From assembly GCF_000354175.2 (NCBI RefSeq), contig NC_022359.1:1380001-1412000 (forward strand): a stretch of 32,000 bases of DNA, in the 5' to 3' direction. Shown here in pieces: positions 17,346-24,622 of this stretch. How positions within the stretch are numbered: position 1 is the first letter of the stretch; each line of letters begins with the position of its first letter. The stretch comes from Vibrio alginolyticus NBRC 15630 = ATCC 17749. Lineage in GTDB: Bacteria; Pseudomonadota; Gammaproteobacteria; Enterobacterales; Vibrionaceae. The notes under the pieces were generated by a model. It was not told the origin of the DNA, did not search any database, and worked only from the letters and a program-made list of their open reading frames with translations. The position numbers and the translations under genes were made by a program.

Positions 17346-18104
17346 TTACTTTGCGAACCAATCCAATTTGTTGTGCAGCTGAGTAACGCTACCAACCACA
17401 ATCAATGCTGGGCTCACAGCTTGCTCTGCCATGCTCGATAACTCGTTCAACTTTCCTTGGAACACGCGCTGCTCCGGGCGCGTACCGTTTTCAATAATGG
17501 CGCATGACATCTCAGGATCTAAGCCGTGAGTGATCAGCTTATCCATAATGTGGCCGCTTTGCTTCAAACCCATGTAGAACACAAGCGTGTTGTTGGATTG
17601 CGCGAGTGAATGCCACTCAATCTCACGACCATCTTTTTGTACGTGACCAGTGATGAATTGAACGCTTTGCGCATGGTCGCGGTGTGTTAATGGAATACCA
17701 GCATAAGCCGTTGCACCCGCTGCTGCTGTGATACCCGGAACCACTTCGTATTTGATACCAAATTCCGCTAGTTCTTCTAACTCTTCACCGCCACGGCCAA
17801 AGATAAATGAGTCACCGCCCTTCAGACGCACAACACGCTTACCTTCTTGTGCTTTCTGCACCAAGATTTGGTTGATTTGATCTTGAGGCACACAGTGAAA
17901 GTCTAATTTTTTACCTACGTAGATCATCTCTGCTGATGCATGAGCCAATTCTAGAATGTCTTTCGACACCAAACGGTCGTATACAACAACTTCAGCCGCT
18001 TGAATGGCTTTTAAGCCTTTTACTGTGAGCAAATCAGGATCACCTGGACCTGCACCAACAAGAGAAACAAAGCCGCTGTTTAAAGATGAGTGAGCAGTAG
18101 TCAT
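17346..18104 (-). CDS. cobA: Uroporphyrinogen-III C-methyltransferase (SUMT domain only; CobA/CysG C-terminal-domain type)
   Basis: 252-aa ORF with [36 protein letters not shown] and VPGITAA motifs. It is the last gene of the nir cluster, the position cysG holds in E. coli. Confidence 0.9.
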   Translation of the reverse strand: MTTAHSSLNSGFVSLVGAGPGDPDLLTVKGLKAIQAAEVVVYDRLVSKDILELAHASAEMIYVGKKLDFHCVPQDQINQILVQKAQEGKRVVRLKGGDSFIFGRGGEELEELAEFGIKYEVVPGITAAAGATAYAGIPLTHRDHAQSVQFITGHVQKDGREIEWHSLAQSNNTLVFYMGLKQSGHIMDKLITHGLDPEMSCAIIENGTRPEQRVFQGKLNELSSMAEQAVSPALIVVGSVTQLHNKLDWFAK

Positions 18105-18259
18105 ATCAACGCCTATCGAAAAATTTAGATATAAAGAGTAACACTCGCGTTATGCACTTAGGGCTAAAACCACTCTAAGGAGTTATTACTTTTTATAGCT
18201 AAATCAATAAAATATGTCGCGAAAGTGAAAGTTAAAAATTGAAATCTAGTTAGAGAATA

Positions 18260-18283
18260 GTCCCGCCCATCCAGAAGCGGGAC
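18260..18283 (-). terminator. Stem-loop downstream of nirC (7-bp GC-rich stem GTCCCGC/GCGGGAC)
   Basis: It lies 28 nt after the nirC stop on the minus strand and is followed by TATTCTCT. The T-tract is weak, so it may be only a partial terminator. Confidence 0.45.
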
Positions 18284-18310
18284 CATATTAAGCGAATTAC
18301 CCGTTAATGG

Positions 18311-19159
18311 TTATTTAGCCATTGCAGGTTGCGCTTTTACTTCTTCTTCAGCATTGATAGAAGGCGCAGTTTTAGCGTGAGTTAGGTACAGTGGAATACA
18401 AGTCATTACTAGACCACCAACAATGTTACCTAGGATGGTTGGGATAAGGTTGAAGTTCAACCAAGTCGCGATACCAAAATCCGCACCTAGAATCATACCT
18501 AGTGGGAATAGGAACATGTTTACTACTGTGTGCTCGAATACTAGAGCGAAGAAGATGAAGATTGGGAACCACATCATTGCTACGCGACCAGATACTGAAC
18601 GTGCTGTCATGTTGCCGATAACGCCTAGACATACCATTAGGTTACAGAAGATGCCGCGTACGAAACACGTGATCCATCCGTCCATACCCATGTTTTCAAA
18701 ACCAAGGCTACGCGCGGTAGAAACAGCGACAAATTTCTTCGCTACTGCATTCAGTTCTAGAGAGAAGTTACCTGTTAGAGAGATAGCCACTAGGTAAGCA
18801 ACGATCAGAGAACCGATAAGGTTACCCAAGCCTACAAGCCCCCAACAACGGAAGATACGACCCCAAGTGATGCCCGGACGGTTAGCAAACTTAGCCAGAG
18901 GCGCTAGACCAAAAACACCGGTTACTAGGTCATACCCCATCACACTTAGAATTACGAAACCAACGGGGAAAACAAGTGCTCCTACAAGACCGATACCCGT
19001 TTGTACAATCGCGGTAATAGCAACCACCACCGCAAGCGAAAGAATAACGCCAGCCATCGTACCGCGAAGCAGAAGATCTCGCGTGCTTGTATTGGTTTTC
19101 GCTTCACCAACATTGATCATGGTTTGCACGAATTCTGCAGGCTTAAAATCAGTAGACAT
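18311..19159 (-). CDS. nirC: Formate/nitrite transporter (FNT) family channel, NirC-like by context
   Basis: I prefer the start at ATG 19159 (MSTDFKPAEF), with AAGGA 8 nt upstream. It is a six-TM hydrophobic protein with FNT-like segments (FVRGIFCNLMVCLGV, FEHTVVNMF). It lies between nirD and cobA. Confidence 0.7.
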   Translation of the reverse strand: MSTDFKPAEFVQTMINVGEAKTNTSTRDLLLRGTMAGVILSLAVVVAITAIVQTGIGLVGALVFPVGFVILSVMGYDLVTGVFGLAPLAKFANRPGITWGRIFRCWGLVGLGNLIGSLIVAYLVAISLTGNFSLELNAVAKKFVAVSTARSLGFENMGMDGWITCFVRGIFCNLMVCLGVIGNMTARSVSGRVAMMWFPIFIFFALVFEHTVVNMFLFPLGMILGADFGIATWLNFNLIPTILGNIVGGLVMTCIPLYLTHAKTAPSINAEEEVKAQPAMAK

Positions 19160-19182
19160 GAATGTGTCCTTATCCAAAATTG

Positions 19183-19206
19183 AAAGTTAAAAAGTTAAAA
19201 AGTTAA
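19183..19206. repeat. Three perfect tandem copies of the 8-mer AAAGTTAA, immediately upstream of the nirC RBS
   Basis: Read directly: AAAGTTAA AAAGTTAA AAAGTTAA. Confidence 0.9.
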
Positions 19207-19207
19207 A

Positions 19208-19312
19208 GATTTAATAGAGAAAGGCTTCCCGTTGACACCTGAACGCTGTCTACAACACCTCGCTTCCCTGTTCCCCTGAGTTGATGCTTGGAAAGCCTTT
19301 GTCTATTAAATC
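19208..19312. repeat. 105-bp element bounded by 22-nt terminal inverted repeats in the nirD-nirC spacer
   Basis: GATTTAATAGAGAAAGGCTTCC (19208-19229) pairs with GGAAAGCCTTTGTCTATTAAATC (19290-19312): 21 pairs, 1 mismatch, 1 bulge. The arms enclose 60 nt. Confidence 0.8.
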
Positions 19313-19322
19313 TAGGTTTCAG

Positions 19323-19353
19323 TTCATTCCCTCCCCTAAGAGGAGGGAATGAA
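19323..19353 (-). other. Perfect 12-bp stem-loop 9 nt downstream of the nirD stop (intercistronic RNA hairpin)
   Basis: TTCATTCCCTCC / GGAGGGAATGAA with a 7-nt loop. No U-tract follows on the transcribed strand, so it is more likely a processing/stability element or a weak attenuator than a full terminator. Confidence 0.75.
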
Positions 19354-19361
19354 AACCAAGC

Positions 19362-19691
19362 TTACGCAGAGATTTCTACTTCGCCGTTTGTTACGCGGGT
19401 TTTGTACGCTTTCACGCTAAAACGCTCGTCTTCCATGCACGCACCTGTTGTCAGGTTAAAGCGTTGCTTCTTAAGTGGGCTAGCCACCCAAAGCTCGCCT
19501 TGGTGCTCACAGATCAAACCGCGAGAAAGCACGTTTGATTGGAAGAACGGGTCTGTGTTGCTGATCGCCAGCACTTCTTCTGCTTGTGTTGGGCGGAATA
19601 CCGCAACTTGCTGACCATCAACCAGTGCACAAACACCCGTGCCCGGTACGATGTCGCTTATTTGGCAAATCTTTTCAAATGACATAATCAA
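19362..19691 (-). CDS. nirD: NADH-nitrite reductase small subunit (Rieske-like)
   Basis: 109-aa ORF starting 7 nt after the nirB stop, with GGGAAGG upstream. Size, position and the sequence ...VAVFR...ISNTDPF....LSRGLI... are typical of NirD. Confidence 0.9.
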   Translation of the reverse strand: MIMSFEKICQISDIVPGTGVCALVDGQQVAVFRPTQAEEVLAISNTDPFFQSNVLSRGLICEHQGELWVASPLKKQRFNLTTGACMEDERFSVKAYKTRVTNGEVEISA

Positions 19692-19698
19692 CCTTCCC

Positions 19699-22263
19699 TT
19701 ATGCTTCAGTGATCGCTACGTGTAGGATGTCGCCTTTCGCTTCAGGGTGTTTTTCCGTGAAGGTTGCTGGGCGGTGCTGTTCACGCTCTTGTACAAACAC
19801 GACGTTTTCATCGCGCTTGTCAGAGTTGATGAAGTGCGCGAAACGAGTCAGTTGTGATTCGTCGTTGATGGTCGCAGTCCACTCACACTCGTACTCGTCG
19901 ACAAGCTTCGCTACGTCTGCTTCTAGTTGAGCGTTGATGCCAAGTTTGTCTTCAACAATCACTTCGCGTAGGTAGTCAACGCCACCTTCCATGTTTTCCA
20001 TCCAAACTGATGTGCGTTGTAGTGGCGCAGCAGTACGGATGTAGAACATCATGAAGCGGTCGATGTACTTGATTAGCGTTTCTTTATCTAGGTCACTTGC
20101 AAGTAGGTCTGCGTGACGAGGTTTCATACCACCGTTACCACATACGTACATGTTCCAACCTGCGTCAGTCGCGATAATACCAAGGTCTTTACCTTGTGCT
20201 TCCGCACACTCACGAGTACAGCCAGAAACACCGAACTTCATCTTATGAGGTGTACGAATGCCTTTGTAACGGTTCTCGATGTAAGAACCTAGACCAACAG
20301 AGTCTTGAACACCGTAACGACACCAAGTAGAGCCCACACATGTCTTCGCCATACGAAGTGCTTTTGCGTACGCTTGACCTGTTTCGAAACCAGCGTCGAT
20401 AAGCTTGCGCCAGATCTCTGGAAGATCGTCTTTTTGAGCACCAAACAGACCAATACGTTGAGCACCGGTTACTTTGGTGTATAGGTTGTATTCTGCTGCG
20501 ACGTTCGCTAGTGCACTCAGTGCTTGAGGTGTTACTTCACCACCCGCCATACGTGGGATAACAGAGTAAGTACCGTCTTTTTGGATGTTACCTAGGAAGT
20601 TATCGTTCGTGTCGTGCAGCTTAACCAGTTGTGGCTTAAGGATGTGCTCACCCCAGCAAGAAGCCAAGATAGAACCAGCCAGTGGTTTACAAACTTCACA
20701 GCCGTAACCTTTACCGTATTTCTCTAGAAGCTCATCAAACGTTTTGATCTCTTCAATACGGATTAGGTGGAACAGCTCTTGGCGTGAGTATGCAAAGTGC
20801 TCACACACGTCGTTCTTCACTTCGATACCAGATTTAGCAAGCTCAGCATTTAGAACAGACGTCACTAGGGGAATACAACCACCACAGCCTGTACCCGCGC
20901 CCGTCACGGCTTTGATGTCGCCCAATGTGTGGTGACCATCAGCAACCGCTTGTGCGATCTTGCCTTTGGTTACGTCGAAACAAGAGCAGATCACTGCACT
21001 TTCTGGTAGAGCATCTGCACCTAGTGCTGGTTTCTCAGCGTCTGCGTGTGCAGGAAGGATCAACGCATCTGGGTGTTCTGGTAGGTCGATTTCGTTCAAC
21101 ATAAGTTGAAGCAGGTCGCCGTAGTCAGACGTATCGCCAACCATAACCGCGCCAAGCAGTTTCTTGTTGTCTTTAGAAACGATAAGACGTTTGTAGACTT
21201 CTTGTTCTTCGTTCTGGTAAACGTAACTCTTACAACCTTCAGTACGACCGTTCGCGTCACCGATTGAACCTACTTTTACACCTAGAAGTTTCAGCTTCGC
21301 AGACATGTCAGCGCCTTCGAATTTGCTTTCTGTGTTACCTAGTAGGTGATCAACAGCAACTGTCGCCATCTTGTAACCAGGAGCAACAAGGCCGTAGAAC
21401 ATTTCGTTCCAAGACGCACATTCACCGATAGCGTAGATGTTCTCATCAGAAGTCTGACAATGGTCGTTAATAGCAACACCGCCACGAGGTGCCACTTCTA
21501 GCTCCATTTGACGTGCTAGTTTGTCTTGTGGACGAATACCTGCAGAGAATACGATGAAGTCTGTTTCTAGCTCTGAACCGTCAGCAAAACGCATAACATT
21601 GCGTGCGTTTGTGCCTTCTGCCGCAATCTCAAGCGTATTTTTGCTGGTGTGAACGTTCACGCCCATACGCTCGATCTTTTGACGAAGCTGGTTACCACCA
21701 GCCAGGTCAAGTTGCTCAGCCATTAGTTTTGGCGCGAACTCAACAACGTGCGTTTCTACACCCAGTGCTTTCAGTGCGCCTGCTGCTTCAAGGCCTAGCA
21801 GACCACCACCGACAACAACGCCTGATTTGCTCTTCTTCGCACACGCTTCGATCGCTTTAAGATCTTCGATAGTACGGTAAACAAAACAGTCTTTGCTTTC
21901 GTGACCTTTGATAGGTGGAACAAATGGGAATGAGCCAGTAGCAAGAATCAGCTTGTCGTATTGAACTTCACGGCCAGTGCTTGAGTAAACAATGCGGTTT
22001 TCACGGTTGATGTTAATCGCGCGTTCGCCGATCAGCATGTTAATACCGTGTTTCTCGTAGAAGCCTTCTTTTACTAAAGAAAGTTCATCTGCAGTATGGT
22101 GAGAAAAGTAAGAGGAAAGGTGCACACGGTCGTATGCGACACGAGGTTCTTCACAGAAAACCGTAATGTCTATATTAGACATATCAGCTTTCTCGACTAA
22201 GTCTTCAATATAACGGTGCCCTACCATACCGTTACCGATGACTACTAGCTTCAACTTGCTCAT
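19699..22263 (-). CDS. nirB: NADH-nitrite reductase large subunit (FAD/NAD, 2Fe-2S BFD-like, siroheme/4Fe-4S domains)
   Basis: 854-aa ORF. It has the N-terminal Rossmann motif LVVIGNGMVGHR, a second GGGLLGLEAA motif, the BFD-like CSCFDVTKG...GTGCGGC, and the sulfite/nitrite reductase cluster region CVGSTWCRYG...GCTRECAEA. AGGAA RBS is present. Confidence 0.95.
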   Translation of the reverse strand: MSKLKLVVIGNGMVGHRYIEDLVEKADMSNIDITVFCEEPRVAYDRVHLSSYFSHHTADELSLVKEGFYEKHGINMLIGERAININRENRIVYSSTGREVQYDKLILATGSFPFVPPIKGHESKDCFVYRTIEDLKAIEACAKKSKSGVVVGGGLLGLEAAGALKALGVETHVVEFAPKLMAEQLDLAGGNQLRQKIERMGVNVHTSKNTLEIAAEGTNARNVMRFADGSELETDFIVFSAGIRPQDKLARQMELEVAPRGGVAINDHCQTSDENIYAIGECASWNEMFYGLVAPGYKMATVAVDHLLGNTESKFEGADMSAKLKLLGVKVGSIGDANGRTEGCKSYVYQNEEQEVYKRLIVSKDNKKLLGAVMVGDTSDYGDLLQLMLNEIDLPEHPDALILPAHADAEKPALGADALPESAVICSCFDVTKGKIAQAVADGHHTLGDIKAVTGAGTGCGGCIPLVTSVLNAELAKSGIEVKNDVCEHFAYSRQELFHLIRIEEIKTFDELLEKYGKGYGCEVCKPLAGSILASCWGEHILKPQLVKLHDTNDNFLGNIQKDGTYSVIPRMAGGEVTPQALSALANVAAEYNLYTKVTGAQRIGLFGAQKDDLPEIWRKLIDAGFETGQAYAKALRMAKTCVGSTWCRYGVQDSVGLGSYIENRYKGIRTPHKMKFGVSGCTRECAEAQGKDLGIIATDAGWNMYVCGNGGMKPRHADLLASDLDKETLIKYIDRFMMFYIRTAAPLQRTSVWMENMEGGVDYLREVIVEDKLGINAQLEADVAKLVDEYECEWTATINDESQLTRFAHFINSDKRDENVVFVQEREQHRPATFTEKHPEAKGDILHVAITEA

Positions 22264-22328
22264 TATAATTCCTAAGGGTTAGGTTCTTATCACTGAGCTC
22301 ATTGTTAATTGTGAAAGAAAATTAATAC

Positions 22329-22342
22329 ATGATGTAAATCAA
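22329..22342 (-). promoter_or_regulatory. FNR-binding-site-like sequence in the nirB promoter
   Basis: On the minus strand, TTGATTTACATCAT matches TTGAT-N4-ATCAA at 9/10 positions. With the usual -41.5 placement, the start site falls near 22294 and AACAAT (22306-22301) serves as the -10 element. Confidence 0.65.
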
Positions 22343-22355
22343 TTACAATTTCAAA

Positions 22356-22371
22356 CTACCCTAAAGGGGTA
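22356..22371 (-). promoter_or_regulatory. NarL/NarP-type inverted heptamer pair upstream of the FNR site
   Basis: CTACCCTAAAGGGGTA. The right half read on the other strand is TACCCCT, a perfect TACYYMT heptamer. The left half is imperfect, and the spacing is 7-1-7 or 7-2-7 depending on register. Its centre is about 28-29 bp upstream of the FNR centre. Confidence 0.5.
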
Positions 22372-22744
22372 GATGAACGTATTTATCTGACTATTGCGAA
22401 ATAAAAAGTAATTTATTAACGGATATTGGTAGTTTTAACAAACTGAGATAACCGAAGCCATGCTAGCAACGGACTATACCGTTTTGCTTTATGAAGTAAG
22501 ACTGACCATCGAAACCGAGCACACCTACGATAAATCCTGTTTTGCTTCTAAACGACGCACTCACTTGACTTCACCGTTTCAAGGTGATCAGAGAACAATA
22601 TCTGAAGTGATTGAAAGATTTAGAAAAATCAAGCTTCACAACAAAAATTTTTTACTAGCTAAGTCGCACTATAAAGACTAAAATCGGGTTTAGTTCATAT
22701 GGAATAGCGTCCATATGATTGATACCGTAATTGACATATAGAGT

Positions 22745-22777
22745 GCCGTCCCATTTTTGTGAGGCGGCCTTTTATTT
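22745..22777 (+). terminator. Terminator-like hairpin plus T-tract about 13 nt upstream of the rnk start codon
   Basis: GCCGTC...GAGGCGGC forms a 6-7 bp stem including one G-T pair, with a T5-containing loop, followed by CTTTTATTT. It could end an upstream transcript or act as a leader attenuator. Confidence 0.4.
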
Positions 22778-22789
22778 GGGAGTCATAAA

Positions 22790-23197
22790 ATGTCAGAAAA
22801 CAATTCTATCTACATCTCAAGCTTAGATATGAACCGAATCACGGCTTTGTTGGATAAAATGCCAAACATCGCAGCGGAGCTTGTGGAATTAGAAGCAGAG
22901 CTCGACCGAGCAACAGTTCTTGAGCCAGAACAAATGCCAGATAACGTGGTCACGATGAACTCGACTGTAGAGTTTAAATTTTCAGGTGAAGATAGAACCA
23001 TGACAAAGACACTGGTTTACCCTTCTGAACTGAAAAGCAGTGATGATATCTCTATTTTTGCACCCGTAGGCAGCGCACTGATCGGTTTGTCTGTCGGCCA
23101 AAAACTTGACTGGCCAATGCCAAATAATCAAGTGAAGACAATTGAAATTGTCGATATCACATACCAACCTGAGCGTTGTGGTGCACTAAACCGCTAA
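22790..23197 (+). CDS. rnk: Regulator of nucleoside diphosphate kinase (GreA/GreB C-terminal-domain family)
   Basis: 135-aa ORF with a GGGAG RBS. LEAELDRA, DNVVTMNSTVEF, LVYP and APVGSALIGLSVGQ parallel E. coli Rnk. Confidence 0.85.
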   Translation: MSENNSIYISSLDMNRITALLDKMPNIAAELVELEAELDRATVLEPEQMPDNVVTMNSTVEFKFSGEDRTMTKTLVYPSELKSSDDISIFAPVGSALIGLSVGQKLDWPMPNNQVKTIEIVDITYQPERCGALNR

Positions 23198-23208
23198 CCC
23201 TCAGTAGT

Positions 23209-23246
23209 CCCGGTGCAAAGGCCTCCATTTAAGACTTTGCACCAGG
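23209..23246 (+). terminator. Stem-loop after rnk (CCCGGTGCAAAG / CTTTGCACCAGG, 11 of 12 paired, 14-nt loop)
   Basis: It lies 12 nt after the rnk stop. There is no trailing T-run, so terminator efficiency is uncertain. Confidence 0.5.
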
Positions 23247-23426
23247 AGAGCCCCTCGCTTACCCCCTATTTCCTTCTTTGTTTTCCAAGCATTTACTTTA
23301 CTGCTCTTAAGTAACATCACCGATTCTTTATTATTTACCGCATATTCAATATTTATATCTCCAAGCTCAATCATAGAAATTGCAAAGTATTTTTCGTATA
23401 TTGTCGCTCCGAAAACGACGTAAATT

Positions 23427-24395
23427 ATGCGCAAAATGGAAGAATATCTAACTCGAATTGCCTGCTTAGAAAAAGAAAATGAAGAGCTGAAGCGGAAGAA
23501 TGCGCGACTACAAGAAAAGTTGAATGCTGCACTCGACAGTAATGGACTGTGTTTGTGGGAGCAGCATATTCCTTCAGGTACTTTGACGATATTCAATATG
23601 CAGTGGGGAAAAATGCTAGGTTATCAGCCCCATGAGTTAACCGCGACGGTTGAAACGTGGAAAAACAATCTCCACCCTGAAGATTATGATCTTGCGGTGG
23701 GTGCATTTGAAGATCACCTAGCAGGCAAGACCGACCTTTATGAGGTAGTGCATCGCATGATTCATAAAGACGGCAGTGATAGCTGGGTCTACGATCGAGG
23801 GCGCATCGTCGAGTATGGTTCTGATGGCGAACCACTACGGATGATGGGTACTCATATCGATATTACAAAAGAAAAGCGTTATGAGCAGCAACTGGCCAAG
23901 TTGGCTTCGAGTGATCCATTGACTGGATTGTTAAATAGAAAAGCAATTGAGGAAAACTTTAATCATCAACCTCAAACCGAACCGTCTCAGCAGTCTGCTT
24001 TAGTGTTTGTTGATATAGATAATTTTAAAGCAGTTAACGACCAGCTAGGCCATCATACTGGCGACACCCTCCTCATCAATATCGCCAATAGCTTAACAGA
24101 GCTTGCGTCAAGCAAGTCTCAAGTTGGACGCATAGGAGGCGATGAATTTGTTATCTTAAACTGGCATTCAAGTCGAGAGGAAATATCCCAACTTTGCAAT
24201 CAACTCTTAGATTCAATCATTCCAGCGATGAATCAAGACTTACATAAAGTAACGATAGGAATGAGTATCGGTGTTTGTCTCTTTAACAAAGGAAAGCAAC
24301 CGTTTAATGAAGTGTATCAAAAAGCCGATCACGCAATGTATGAGATAAAGAAAAATGGCAAAAATGGAGTACAATTTTTCAACTTAAAAAGTTGA
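23427..24395 (+). CDS. Cytoplasmic PAS-GGDEF diguanylate cyclase with an N-terminal coiled coil
   Basis: 322-aa ORF. The N-terminus has a leucine-zipper-like LEKENEELKRKNARLQEKL. A PAS/PAC region follows (WEQHI...HPEDY...VHRMIHKDGS..W..DRG). The GGDEF domain has DPLTGLLNR, VDIDNFKAVND and RIGGDEF. Confidence 0.85.
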   Translation: MRKMEEYLTRIACLEKENEELKRKNARLQEKLNAALDSNGLCLWEQHIPSGTLTIFNMQWGKMLGYQPHELTATVETWKNNLHPEDYDLAVGAFEDHLAGKTDLYEVVHRMIHKDGSDSWVYDRGRIVEYGSDGEPLRMMGTHIDITKEKRYEQQLAKLASSDPLTGLLNRKAIEENFNHQPQTEPSQQSALVFVDIDNFKAVNDQLGHHTGDTLLINIANSLTELASSKSQVGRIGGDEFVILNWHSSREEISQLCNQLLDSIIPAMNQDLHKVTIGMSIGVCLFNKGKQPFNEVYQKADHAMYEIKKNGKNGVQFFNLKS

Positions 24396-24622
24396 TATCT
24401 CTCCATAAATCATCATGTTATGAAATCAGTCATTTGCTACAACTTGAACTAACTCAAGATAAATTCTTTATATCTAAGCCAGTTACCGAAATTACCCCTA
24501 GGTACTCATAAATTTGGCACGATACAAATAAATCCCCTCCTCTCCTAGCATCAACCCAATAAGCAACTACACTCATTTAACTGATAGATTAATTACTACT
24601 ATTATGAAGGGAGTTGTTTTTG

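Noticed and set aside
18423-19190. ORFs 18423-18797 (+), 18867-19190 (+) and 19001-19183 (+) antisense to nirC
   Set aside because: Their Arg/Pro/Thr-rich translations are typical of the antisense strand of a membrane-protein gene. They have no RBS.
19183-19206. Possibility that the tandem AAAGTTAA octamers represent a CRISPR array or minisatellite
   Set aside because: There are only three contiguous 8-nt units and no spacers. This is far too short and simple for a CRISPR array, so it is recorded as a simple tandem repeat only.
19288-19614. 108-aa ORF on the + strand running through the 12-bp hairpin and antisense to nirD. Also the AGGAGG...ATG at 19342-19351, which looks like an RBS plus start.
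   Set aside because: The SD-like string is simply one arm of the hairpin. Its ATG opens only a 23-codon frame antisense to nirD, and the 108-aa ORF has no start context or family.
22460-22681. 73-aa ORF in the nirB-rnk spacer as a protein-coding gene
   Set aside because: It is not called as a CDS: there is no Shine-Dalgarno sequence, no recognisable motif and no way to test conservation here. It is kept only as part of a finding that needs transcript or conservation data.
23201-23596. 131-aa ORF on the minus strand between rnk and the PAS-GGDEF gene
   Set aside because: It overlaps the GGDEF gene start and runs through the rnk terminator hairpin. Its Ser/Phe-rich low-complexity translation has no support.
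23247-24622. c-di-GMP (GEMM) riboswitch in the leaders of the GGDEF-associated genes
   Set aside because: I recognised no GEMM-like conserved GC-rich helices. The leaders are AT-rich with no convincing structure.
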